Of a stretch of 42,059 nucleotides of DNA, positions 30,568-40,237 are shown piece after piece. Origin of the DNA: Candidatus Heimdallarchaeota archaeon (GTDB lineage Archaea; Asgardarchaeota; Wukongarchaeia; Wukongarchaeales; JBHIFL01); the NCBI GenBank assembly GCA_046761065.1, contig JBHIFL010000037.1, positions 1-42,059 on the forward strand, read 5' to 3'. The translations under genes were made by a program, and so were the position numbers. How positions within the stretch are numbered: the first letter of the stretch is position 1; each line of letters starts with the position of its first letter. The notes beneath the pieces were generated by a model, which had not been told where the DNA came from, did not search any database, and saw only the letters and a program-made list of their open reading frames with translations.

Positions 30568-31244
30568 TCAATCTACACAATTATTACCATAATAGCGTTT
30601 CAGAACCCGCATCGCTCGAAGTGTTATCTACTTGGAAGGTTTTCCTTTCTCATCGATGTCTATCCACATTTTACCATTGGCTACGCTATTTTCCAAAAGC
30701 CAAGTGCCATCATCTTGTTGGGTTTTGATCACAAGATCAAACGCGGGCTGCATTCGCTCATCTCGAACATTGAAAGCAGTCAACATGTCAACGGCTTCTA
30801 GAGCATCGGATTGATAAAATAAAGGAAATCCAAACCATGTCCATCCAGTTTTCGCCTTTCTGTTACCCTTTTTGCCGCGTAAGTACTTGAAGACATGATT
30901 CTGGAGACAGGTCTCGATTTCTTGATCGATGATCTGTTGAAGCGCAGGGGGTCGATCGTTCTTTGGAATTTTTGAGAAAGCCAACAGGGGTTTAACACCC
31001 CCCATAAAGCAATTTGCTGGAAAGACACTGGCGGCATTAATGGGATAAGCCCGACAAGGCCAGCCTCCCATGTCGGCGTCGTGATTCTCAATAAAGAAAT
31101 CAAGGATCTTCTGTGTTCGGGAGTCTGGAAGATACCCAAAGTGGATGAGACTCCGCAAAATAATCGCGGTGTAGTAATACCCATCTTTAATCTTATTTGC
31201 AAACCCCGTTCCGTTTTAGGTTTCTCCAATTTGAAAATACCTGA
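30568..31244 (-). pseudogene. 3' part of an IS-interrupted prenyltransferase/squalene-cyclase-like (QW-repeat) gene
   Basis: GGWPC, NCFMG, FGFPLFYQSDALE, QQDDGTW, KPSK*ITLRAMRVLK (expected Trp codon is TAG at 30628); frameshift near 31204. Confidence 0.8.
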
Positions 31245-31400
31245 GTGAACTACTCCACCCCAAGGGACGGAGCTTCCCCCATCGCCCACTGTGCTCTATC
31301 AGAAACCCTGGTCGCTGTGGGGGATCGGGGCCGGTTCGCTGCGGCCCTATCTCTCAGGATATACCCGAGAGACTTGGTGAGGATATTCCTTGTTCCATTC
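31245..31400 (-). ncRNA. Putative omegaRNA scaffold overlapping the tnpB 3' end
   Basis: Stems TCTCTCGGG/CCTGAGAGA, GGGCC/GGCCC, CCCCCA/TGGGGG and terminal CTCC/GGAG; conserved in the 6182 copy. 5' end not determinable. Confidence 0.65.
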
Positions 31401-32443
31401 AAGTCGGCATTATAGTCTAACCCGCAGGAGCATTTGAACTGTCTCTTGGTTCGTTGACCTTTGTTCCCACATCGATGACATATCTGAGAGGTGTAGGCTT
31501 CATTCACATAGAGTACTGGGATACTTTCCCATAAGGCTTTGTATTTGAGCTGGATCTTCACCTGATAGGAGGGCATGGAATGGATTTTGCGGCTGTTCTT
31601 CCGGCATCTAGTAGTTCCCTTTCTCCGAGGAGTTCTATGGTTCTTCAAATCTCCGATGACGATTACTGGCTCAAACCCGATTTTCCTTAGTTCGGTTGTC
31701 TTGTTGAAGACCTTCCTTGTTGCCTTGTGGAGTACATCACGAACTTTCCTCTGCTCCTTGTTGCCGATCTTCTTCACCACTCTCAGGGCATGTTTCACTT
31801 TCCTCCTCCCAATTTGCTAGCGGAGGTGGGTATAGTGCGCTCTGGTTGCCCGGACTTCGCTCGCATGAAATACAACTTCTTGAACCGTCCCATTCCACCA
31901 CGCCACAGACGTGATAGGGTTTGCCTCTCCGATGTCACAAGCGATAACTGCCAGTTTAGAGGAATTTATGTATAATGCGAGGTTCGACTGAACTTTCTTC
32001 TGAACGGTGAGATGGCGAAAGAAGCGTCCATTCTTTCTAAGGAGTTTAGACTCACAAATCTCATACTCCGCTGGAAATTCACAATGCGGTTTAATGGCTA
32101 CCCAGACTCCCCCTCGCCTCCCTTTCACAGGGATTCGCCCCCAGAATTTGGCAAGTTTCGTATTTCGTTGCTCAATTCTGAGTAAGTCCTTTCGGATGGA
32201 AACGAGATACTCCTTGTTGGGTTTAATTGTTTTATAGAACCGCTTAGCCTGTTGCTTATTAGCGGAATACACTCCTAAATCGTTTCCAATCTGCAAGAAG
32301 TGCTGCAAGTTCTCATATTCTTGATTAAGGATTTCTCTTTTGATCTTAGTCAGATGTACGATGCCACATCTGATCGTCTTCCGGACGAAATGCGGTTTTT
32401 GAGTCTTGGGAGGATGGAGGCGATTTGTGTTAGTGTGGCGCAT
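31250..32443 (-). pseudogene. tnpB: TnpB RNA-guided nuclease, one in-frame TAG at 31817-31819
   Basis: RuvC-I ACDIGEAN, VIVIGDL, VNEAYTSQICHRCG...FKCSCG, RuvC-III NADLNG.RNI. The 208-aa and 182-aa ORFs are in the same frame. Confidence 0.93.
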
Positions 32444-32662
32444 CGGAGGTCGCTTCTCCCCTCCCCCTTATGCCCCTTGGGGTTTATCAATTTTGGGAAC
32501 CGATCCGTATAAGTGGATCTCCGCCGAACTATCTCGAGGGGCATTTTTTGGCATCTTTCTCTGAAAAAAGGAGAGCTTTTTACATGAGATCCTTTTTGAT
32601 ATAGTGTTCTCATAATTAAAGCTTTAATCATTCTCTCGCTGAAGCGCAGAGGGTTTTAAGGT

Positions 32663-32799
32663 CTATTCAAGAAGTTTCCCAAGTTATAAAACAAGTCCCG
32701 TAGGGGAAGTTGTGGTCGCGAAGTTATTATACTGGAACCGCAGGAGGGTTGAGCAGAGAAATAATTCAAACGAATAATGAGCGATTGGAGCATGGCTGA
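32663..32799 (+). pseudogene. tnpA: tnpA C-terminal stub
   Basis: LFKKFPKL*NKSRR/KLWSRSYYTGTAGGLSREIIQTNNERLEHG*; one stop, one frameshift, no HUH. Confidence 0.8.
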
Positions 32800-32849
32800 G
32801 CGGCATTCATCACCGATAAAAGTAGCGGTGTCTACTGCCTTTCAAGTGG

Positions 32850-33188
32850 ATAAAGTTGGAAACCAAAAAGAAATTCGATGGCTTTTTCTATTTGATCATT
32901 CTTTTTTGTGCCCAAGTCTGCAAGAAGCATTACCTGATGGATAGAACCTTTGTATTTAGGATAGAGCCATTTATCGGGATTTCCCCACTACCCATCAGCA
33001 TTTTGGTTTTTAAGGATGGTTCTGACAAATGGAGAATGCATTATCAATTTTTGGGTTTCCAAGACCTCTGGATCTGATTTCTTTTTTCTTAACAGATCTT
33101 GTAATGCCCAATAACGTATGCTGGGATCCTCTTTATCTAACAACCATGATGTCGGGTCGTTTTTCAGAATAGTTATCCAATATTCCAT
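32850..33188 (-). pseudogene. 5' part of the IS-interrupted QW-repeat gene
   Basis: DPTSWLL..EDPSIRYWALQDLL...ILKNQNADG*WG......YPKYKGS..Q..LLADLG...AIEFLFGFQLY; TAG at 32988. Confidence 0.82.
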
Positions 33189-33449
33189 CGCAGCTCGATA
33201 TCCACTTTGATTTTTGGACTATTCATTTCATTTTTTATAAATTTATCAATTTAGCAGGGTTCATACAAACTAGAATTTTAATATCAACAAAGATCTGCAT
33301 TGCTTAAACTGGCATTTCTTTGGTTTTTAAATGATAAAAATGGTTAAATGATAATCATTGATGCAATCTTATGACCAGTTGCTAATAGTAGAAGTGTCTA
33401 TCAGCTAAGCTGCTAAGCTCCAACATCGGTAGAATGGAGAAATATAAAA

Positions 33450-34907
33450 ATGAATTTTGTTAAAGCAAATCATACCCGTTTGATAACACCCCGGCTTGTA
33501 ATTTTGACAAAAGATCAAAAAGAAACAATTTTTTCAAGTGTTTTAGATGTTCTGGAACACACGGGAGTTCGGGTTGATAAGAAAGAAGGATTGGAATTAT
33601 TAAGAAGTGCTGGTGCACATATCGGTCCAAAACGGCGGGTCTATATTCCACCCCATCTTGTTGAAGACGCCATTGCAAGCGCTCCCCGCCAAATCAGCCT
33701 TTATGATCGATTAGGTAATCGTGTTTTATGTTTGGGAGGAAGAAAGGTAGCTTTTAGCAGCCAACCGGACTCTCAGTTTATTGATGATCCTCTTACACGA
33801 ACACGGCGACCTTTTATTCGAACCGACACGAAAATGGGAGCCCTCCTATGCGATGTGTTGCCCAACATACATATGATCTCCCCTTCAGCAATATATCATG
33901 ATGTTCCCAGTGAGATCGCATACCTAATTGGCCACAAAGAAACGCTGATGTACTGTACAAAGCCGATAATGCATGGCGTTATGAATTTATCCCAGTTAAA
34001 GTTACTAGCCAAGATGGCGACTGTTGTTGTGGGCGGTCGGGAAGAACTTTCTAGGCGTCCTTATTACCTTCATTATGCCGAACCGCTTTCACCGATGGTT
34101 CATTCTGACCAAGGGGTAGCAAGCCTCCTTTTCTGTGCCGAATATGGCATTCCGGTGATGTATGCCCCAATCACAATGGGGGGAGCTACAGCGCCTGTGA
34201 CTGGTGCCGGTAATTTGGTTGTTTGTATCGCTGAATCATTAAGTGGGCTGGTTATAACTCAACTCAAACAAAGAGGTTTGCCATTTGTCTTTGGTGGTGT
34301 GCCAACAATTTTAGACATGTCTACGGCTGTCGGCTCCTATGGTGCTCCGGAGTTAAGTCTATGGTCAGCTGCATTGACCGAGATGGCTCATTATCTTCAT
34401 CTTCCAGTGATGAGCACTGCTGGCTGCACCGATTCTGTTACATTCGACGAGCAGGCGGCTGCGGAATCAGCAATCTCCTGTTTAATGGCAGCTTTAAGTG
34501 GCGCGAACCTTGTGCATGATGTGGGCTTTACTGAGTCGGCGAAAAGTGCTTCGTTAGAATTAATCGCAGCCACAGATGAATTCATCAGCATGATTAGTAC
34601 TATTATGAAAGGCATTGAGGTCTCTCCGGAGACATTAGCCCTAGATTTAATTGACGAAGTAGGTCCGGGTGGCCATTATATCGACAAAAAACATACCGTT
34701 GATCATTTCCGTGAGAATTGGATGCCAACCCTCATGAGTCGGGAGGGTTATAAGACTTGGGTGACTGCGGGACGTCAGTCTTTAGCTGACAGGACAAATA
34801 CTAGGGTCTGTAAGATTATCAGAGAACACCAGCCAGAGCCATTGCCGCAGGATGTTATAGTTGAGTTGGACGAGATGGAAAACCATTGGTGGCAAATGAT
34901 TTCGTGA
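33450..34907 (+). CDS. Trimethylamine methyltransferase (MttB/MtgB) superfamily, non-pyrrolysine
   Basis: GATAPVT.AG, AESLSGLV..QL, DMST....YGAPE, DEQAAAE, GANLVHDVG, EVGPGGHY...HT; no in-frame TAG. Confidence 0.92.
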   Translation: MNFVKANHTRLITPRLVILTKDQKETIFSSVLDVLEHTGVRVDKKEGLELLRSAGAHIGPKRRVYIPPHLVEDAIASAPRQISLYDRLGNRVLCLGGRKVAFSSQPDSQFIDDPLTRTRRPFIRTDTKMGALLCDVLPNIHMISPSAIYHDVPSEIAYLIGHKETLMYCTKPIMHGVMNLSQLKLLAKMATVVVGGREELSRRPYYLHYAEPLSPMVHSDQGVASLLFCAEYGIPVMYAPITMGGATAPVTGAGNLVVCIAESLSGLVITQLKQRGLPFVFGGVPTILDMSTAVGSYGAPELSLWSAALTEMAHYLHLPVMSTAGCTDSVTFDEQAAAESAISCLMAALSGANLVHDVGFTESAKSASLELIAATDEFISMISTIMKGIEVSPETLALDLIDEVGPGGHYIDKKHTVDHFRENWMPTLMSREGYKTWVTAGRQSLADRTNTRVCKIIREHQPEPLPQDVIVELDEMENHWWQMIS

Positions 34908-34957
34908 AGGATATGATAATGAATGGGTGCCTTCAATCCATTGATAGATCAGGACCC

Positions 34958-35638
34958 CTACCTCCACCTTGATCGCTTCCCGATCATATACTTCAGTTTT
35001 TTTCTGTATTTCGATTTATCAGCCATTATTTTTTGCTTATTTGCTTTTATTTGAACTTGGAAATCTCCTTGTTGGTCTTTTTCGGGATGTTCTATGTTTT
35101 GGATCATTCCCGTGTTGAAAGATGGAACCTCCACCACTCCCCTATTTCGATTCTTCGCTCGGTTGATTTCAACACAATCTGTTAGAGTTTTTTGTGCATG
35201 ACAGGAGTGACAAAGAGTCTGGAGATTGCTATAATCCCAAAAAGCGCCTCCCAAAGCTATAGGTGTTATATGATCACAATCTGCTTCTGCGGGCATAAGT
35301 GGCATTCCACAGTGACAACATTTCTGATCCCGTTGCCATACCAGAAACCGCACACTTGTCCATGTAAATCGAGCATAATACATTTTACGGTGACCAGAGG
35401 AACAATATTTCTGTCTTCTTCCCGAAAGCTCCGTACCACACACTAAGCAGCGTCTGTGGGGTCTTGGATAATCAAACCGGCGGAGGTTATCAATGGTTGG
35501 TTTAGGATACAGTGGATAGTGAGGATCACAATCGTTAGAAACATAACACGTTGTGCGACGTGTTGTAGATGTGACGGGTTTAAGCCACCACTCACATAAA
35601 TTCTCATTGAACCAACGACAGTTCCCACAGTGACCCAT
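34958..35638 (-). CDS. HNH endonuclease with additional Cys-rich N-terminal modules
   Basis: CGNC..C..C..C; CLVCG......KYCS..H; W..VR...RDQKCCHCG...DHITPIALGG.....NLQTLCHSCHAQKT. Confidence 0.85.
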   Translation of the reverse strand: MGHCGNCRWFNENLCEWWLKPVTSTTRRTTCYVSNDCDPHYPLYPKPTIDNLRRFDYPRPHRRCLVCGTELSGRRQKYCSSGHRKMYYARFTWTSVRFLVWQRDQKCCHCGMPLMPAEADCDHITPIALGGAFWDYSNLQTLCHSCHAQKTLTDCVEINRAKNRNRGVVEVPSFNTGMIQNIEHPEKDQQGDFQVQIKANKQKIMADKSKYRKKLKYMIGKRSRWR

Positions 35639-36183
35639 GGAATCACTGAATCCTTTTAACACTGTTGGGTATCTTGACCATCCTGAATTTGTTTATTTCT
35701 TTTAGGATTTAATGTTACGTCGGCTATATGTATAATTCTCAATAAGAATTAAGCTGTAATAATATGATTTGTGTAGTCTTCTGCCTGAACTTCTATAAAG
35801 CTGGCGGTTCAACTTGATTAATTATTTTCTGCCTTCTTGGGTTGTCACAAGCCATCATATATTGTTAACAGGAATTTGACATTTTTAATGATCCTCTTTG
35901 GAAACTTGAATTCAGGTGATAATAAAGATTCTCTGATCATTTTAGGCGATTAATCAAAACCTTCTTTGTTATAACTAAAAGAAAAAGAAAATTTATTGAA
36001 ATTGCTTAAATGAATTTTGACTCGATCCCATGAGCTTGATATACATGATAAGGTTATAGTGGCTTAGCCTTGAAGAAATTGAAACGGGAAAAATGATTTT
36101 TTTTCCGAAAGATCTAGTTGCTCCTGTTTTGAAACAATCGTTGGTTTTATATACGGTGGTTTATAATATATTAATGAGGAGGA

Positions 36184-36405
36184 GTGTCAAGTAAATTGTC
36201 TAAATCTTCTAGAAAAGTAGATTTAAGCATTAAAAGGATTGAAGATCAAATTAAAGGGTTGAGAAATGAGGTTCGTGACATGATGGAAACCATCAGTAAA
36301 CTCTCACAGGAATTTTCCAAAGTTCTCTTGGTTCTCTCTCGGGAAATTTCTGAAGGGAATGAACCTTTCAAGGAGACTGAATGGGGCGAATATAGTTTTT
36401 CCTAG
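36184..36405 (+). CDS. Small coiled-coil hypothetical protein
   Basis: GAGGAGG upstream, TATA-like TTTATAA, heptad pattern over most of 73 aa. Confidence 0.5.
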   Translation: MSSKLSKSSRKVDLSIKRIEDQIKGLRNEVRDMMETISKLSQEFSKVLLVLSREISEGNEPFKETEWGEYSFS

Positions 36406-36707
36406 CGCCGAATAATTGGAATAATTGTGAGGGATTATTTTTGAGATTTGATATGATTAATCAAGTCATACTTAAGTCAAGTCATTTTTTCAGAGCTTAA
36501 ATTAAAAAGCTGAAGACAGTTTAACCTTGATTTTCTCATCCTTTTTTGAAACGCCTTCCATGCACCAAAGAAGTTTATTCAGTCACCCTTAATATTTAAG
36601 AGCTTTTACACCCTCCTAACTCGAATTTCTCATTTAATACTCACACCCTCCATAATCCTTTTCAAGGAGATTATTCATTACATGGATCTGATCTGGAGAG
36701 GAAATTA

Positions 36708-37094
36708 ATGTCCTCTATCTTTGAGTTGCTCAATTCCAGAGCTAAAGAAGCCAAACAATATGTTCAGCGGAGTAAAGGAGCGAAATTAATCCTGAAGATT
36801 GCAGGTGCTGTTCGTCTTAACATTGTTACAGTCGATCCAGAGGATCATGCTTCTGCTACTATCACTGGAAAAGAGGTCATCGTCTCTCATAAGCTGCTAG
36901 AAGATCCTCATGCCACAATAAATGGGAAAAATAATGTCATTAAAAATTTGATAGTAACTACCAAGGAAACGGACATTTCTAATGGTGTTCAAAGTTTTGA
37001 AGCTGCTGAAAAACGTGGAGATATTAGGATAAAGTCTCATGGTGTTAAAGGACGGCTGATCGTTTCTAGAGTGCGAAAAATGCTCTTAGGCTAA
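36708..37094 (+). CDS. Hypothetical protein, possibly SCP2-like fold
   Basis: 128 aa with GAGG RBS; P.ATI.G......L.......A...GDIRI pattern loosely resembles SCP2. Confidence 0.55.
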   Translation: MSSIFELLNSRAKEAKQYVQRSKGAKLILKIAGAVRLNIVTVDPEDHASATITGKEVIVSHKLLEDPHATINGKNNVIKNLIVTTKETDISNGVQSFEAAEKRGDIRIKSHGVKGRLIVSRVRKMLLG

Positions 37095-37235
37095 ACGGGA
37101 AAGCATTAATGATAAGTCATCAATAAGCCTGGGTCTTGGCAAAATTAAAATGATGCCTTAGTGAATTCATAACTAAGATCGAACCATGTATTGTTTGCAG
37201 TGATTATGGGATACATCGCGCGCGGATAAACTAAT

Positions 37236-38861
37236 TTATGATTTTTTATAGACGATTTTGCCTCCAACAATGGTCATTTCCACGCTTATGTCCTTAATCT
37301 CATCTTCTTTTGCCGTACAAGGATCATCCGAAAGAACTGCGAAATCGGCAAGCTTTCCTGGCGTGATGGACCCCTTCACCCCTTCTGTGAAAGTCGCATA
37401 AGCACTATTCAGGGTATAAGATTTGAGTGCAGCTTCTACGCTTATTTTCTGTTCAGGACCAATCTCTCGATTCACATCGGTTTTCCTAGTCACTGCCACA
37501 TAGATTCCTAGAAGGGGGCTTATCAATTCAATCCCAGAGGTGGCAGGACAGTCTGAACTCATAGCCGGCGTAATTCCATTCTCAATAAACATCTTTAGGG
37601 GGTATGCCCATTTCACTCGACCCTCTCCTAACCCAGCCCTGTAACTCTCACCCTCCCCGTAGAGAAATATGGGTTGAGGAACAGGGATAACACCCAGCTT
37701 TTTTAGTCTCGATATGATGGTAGGATTGGTAATTCCGCAGTGTTCAATCCTATGCCGATGATCTGCTCTAGGAACCTTTTGCAAAGCTATCTCAAAGGCA
37801 TCGAGAACCGCCGAGATAGCGCGGTCTCCAATTGCGTGAACTCCGACTTGGAAGCCGGCTCTATGCGCAGCAAGGACTTGTTCGTTCAACTTGTCTTGAC
37901 TTATATACATAATACCAGTGTTTTCAGGGGCATCTATGTAAGGTTCAGTTACAGCGGCAGTCCTACCAGTGGTGCTTCCGTCTGCGACAATCTTTATCGC
38001 ACCAATCTGGAGTCGATCATCACCAAAACCAGTTTGCAACCCGAGTGTGGTAAGTTCACCTAGCAAACTTATTGACATCATCAGATTTACCCTGAGAGGT
38101 AGGTTATCTTCCCAGATCGCCGCTTGATAGGCTTTTACAACTTCTGAACGTTCTACACCCGCATCAGTCACTGAAGTGACTCCTCTTGCTAAGAATTGCT
38201 TAGCAGCCAGATTGAGACCAATTCTCAATTGTTCTATATCAGGTGGTGACATGACTTTCCAGATCAGGTCCTCCGCATTTCCACGGAGCACGCCAGTGGG
38301 CTCATTTGTCTCAGGATCTCTATCGATCTGTCCTCCGTCAGGGTCAGTTATGTCCTTCGAGATGCCTGCCAGTTCCAAAGCCAGGCTATTGACAACTATG
38401 ACATGCCCGCACATCCGGGTGATTACGACTGGGTTGTTCGGAGCGACTTTGTCCAGATCCCACCTATTAGGGTGCCTCTTCTCTGCCAATTTGAAATCGT
38501 CGTAACCCCTTCCGATTATCCACTCCCCCTCAACTTTTTCCTCCGCTGCTTCCATTATCTTATGAGCCATCTCCTTGATCGAGTTTACTGGTGGCGTCCT
38601 ACAGTTGACAGCCATGAGAGCTTGTCCAAAACTCATTGGATGGGCGTGACAGTCCACAAACCCCGGAACCACGGTCTTCCCTTCAAGATCTATTTCTTCG
38701 GTGTCTTCATCAATCAGCCTTTTGATCTCCGCATCTGATCCAACCTTGTAGATCTTATCACCCACTACTAGAACGGCTTGAGCTTTTGGTTTCTTCTCGT
38801 CCATGGTAATTACATTCCCATGGGTTAACACCAGTTTCCTCATCTGAGAATCTTGAGTCAT
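37236..38861 (-). CDS. Amidohydrolase 3 family (YtcJ-like)
   Basis: PGFVDCHAH, KIVADGS, HAIGDRA, HRIEHC, SSDCP, GSITPGKLADF. Confidence 0.95.
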   Translation of the reverse strand: MTQDSQMRKLVLTHGNVITMDEKKPKAQAVLVVGDKIYKVGSDAEIKRLIDEDTEEIDLEGKTVVPGFVDCHAHPMSFGQALMAVNCRTPPVNSIKEMAHKIMEAAEEKVEGEWIIGRGYDDFKLAEKRHPNRWDLDKVAPNNPVVITRMCGHVIVVNSLALELAGISKDITDPDGGQIDRDPETNEPTGVLRGNAEDLIWKVMSPPDIEQLRIGLNLAAKQFLARGVTSVTDAGVERSEVVKAYQAAIWEDNLPLRVNLMMSISLLGELTTLGLQTGFGDDRLQIGAIKIVADGSTTGRTAAVTEPYIDAPENTGIMYISQDKLNEQVLAAHRAGFQVGVHAIGDRAISAVLDAFEIALQKVPRADHRHRIEHCGITNPTIISRLKKLGVIPVPQPIFLYGEGESYRAGLGEGRVKWAYPLKMFIENGITPAMSSDCPATSGIELISPLLGIYVAVTRKTDVNREIGPEQKISVEAALKSYTLNSAYATFTEGVKGSITPGKLADFAVLSDDPCTAKEDEIKDISVEMTIVGGKIVYKKS

Positions 38862-39085
38862 TGCATTTCATCTCAAAGGCAGAGTGTTTAATGTGATCTT
38901 ATCAAACTCTGCATCATTCCATCTATAACGGTAGGTAAGAGACGTTATCCCAAGAGTTATGACACATCATGAATTGATCAGTTATGATCATAGCCAAGAA
39001 GATGAATGAATCAAGATTGCTAAGATGAGCTCCCTATCAATGAATATTGTTTTCTTTGGTTTATCTTAATAGGCCTAAAGCGTGG

Positions 39086-40177
39086 TTATATTCTAAGTAG
39101 GCTGAAACCACTCTTGATCCGCGCGATTGCTGCTAACAACAGATCGATTAGATGCTGGAGGTCATTTAAGTCGAATACTTCAATAGGGGAATGGGAGTAT
39201 CTTCGTGGAATACATAATGGGCATGTTGGAATTCCCCCTCGACTTTGTTGGATTGTTTGAGCATCCGATCGTCCAGGCATCCCTGCACCAGATTGATAAG
39301 GAATTCCTTCCGCCTCAGCAGTGTCTTGTAGGAGGTTTCTAACGATAGGATGGGAGATGTTTTGACGTACTACCCCTGTATGTTCAGTGAATTTCAAGAC
39401 GGGTCCTTTTCCGATTTCAACTGGTAACTCCGTCAATTGAACATCCGGCTGCCACCCTGCCGGGCAAGTGTCCACAACAATAGCCATATTCGGATTCAAT
39501 GTGTAACTCGCAGTTTGCGCCCCACGCCAGCCAATTTCCTCCTCTGCTGTCCCCACAAACATGATCGTACACTCTGGAGGGCTGTTTTGAAGGTTTTTTG
39601 CGATTTGGATAAGGGCAGCACACCCAGCTCGATCATCAACCGACCTACTTGCAATCAAATTAGGGTTAGAAAGAACCAGCGGTTGACCATCATAGGTGAT
39701 AGGACGTCCTATTTGAACACCTAGTTGCTGAGCTTCTTCTTTACTTGCGACTCCTATGTCAATATACATCTTTTCAAGCGGGGGAATACGTCGCGCCTCT
39801 TCTGGTGTAGTGATGTGCTCTGGTCGAATACCGATTACACCGGGAACAGTTCCTTGCGTGTGGGTTATAATTTTGATTCGTTGTCCTTGTAACGCCCCGT
39901 CGATCACCCCGCCAAGTTTCTTGAAATAGACAAACCCCCTTTCGGAAATATATGAAACAACCATACCAACCTGATCAGTATGTGCCATAAGCGCAAGGGA
40001 CGGCGCATCTTCGCTCGTTCCTTTTTTAATGCCCCAGCAGTTTCCTCGGACATCTGCACCCACTTCATCCACATAAGGACGTAGTTGTGCCATGAATTCT
40101 TTCATCATTGGTTCTTCGAACCCACTTGGGGCATCAATTTTTACGAGCTCAAAAAACAACTCTCTTAATTCTTCCAT
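39086..40177 (-). CDS. M42 family metallo-aminopeptidase (TET-like)
   Basis: APSGFE, AHTDQVG, LGG, MYIDIG, VDDRAG, EEEIG.RGA, VDT, SDA, RYSHSP.E. Start set at MEELREL. Confidence 0.93.
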   Translation of the reverse strand: MEELRELFFELVKIDAPSGFEEPMMKEFMAQLRPYVDEVGADVRGNCWGIKKGTSEDAPSLALMAHTDQVGMVVSYISERGFVYFKKLGGVIDGALQGQRIKIITHTQGTVPGVIGIRPEHITTPEEARRIPPLEKMYIDIGVASKEEAQQLGVQIGRPITYDGQPLVLSNPNLIASRSVDDRAGCAALIQIAKNLQNSPPECTIMFVGTAEEEIGWRGAQTASYTLNPNMAIVVDTCPAGWQPDVQLTELPVEIGKGPVLKFTEHTGVVRQNISHPIVRNLLQDTAEAEGIPYQSGAGMPGRSDAQTIQQSRGGIPTCPLCIPRRYSHSPIEVFDLNDLQHLIDLLLAAIARIKSGFSLLRI

Positions 40178-40237
40178 CTTGGTACCTTCTTTATTACTAA
40201 TCCTGATCTTGAGGTGAAGAGACACTCCCATCTTATC

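Larger units (their letters stand above)
31245..32849 (-). mobile_element. IS200/IS605-family element (IS605-like divergent tnpA stub / tnpB)
   Basis: Right end GAAGCTCC..GGAGTAGTTCAC; left-end hairpin GGCA..CACCG/CGGTG..TGCC; target motif TTTAT (32850-32854). No target duplication; removal restores the host frame F-Q-L-Y|S-G-I-F. Confidence 0.93.

Noticed and set aside
30798-31289. 163-aa minus-strand ORF spanning the IS right end
   Set aside because: Chimeric frame: IS end plus a short piece of the host gene running out of frame after the frameshift.
31245-32849. IStron (group I intron-IS605 chimera), given the intragenic insertion and truncated tnpA
   Set aside because: The element ends in C rather than a terminal G, no group I core was recognised, and the host gene has decayed.
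30628-32990. Several in-frame TAGs (30628, 31817, 32988, also ~14640) suggesting genome-wide amber recoding (pyrrolysine)
   Set aside because: They appear to replace different residues (W, K/Q, Y), two lie in a gene also broken by an IS and a frameshift, and TAG ends apparently complete genes (19109, 21518, 29626).
35280-35330. PLMP sequence in the HNH protein suggesting IscB/IsrB
   Set aside because: It lies inside the HNH domain after CxxCG, not at the N-terminus, and no RuvC motifs are present.
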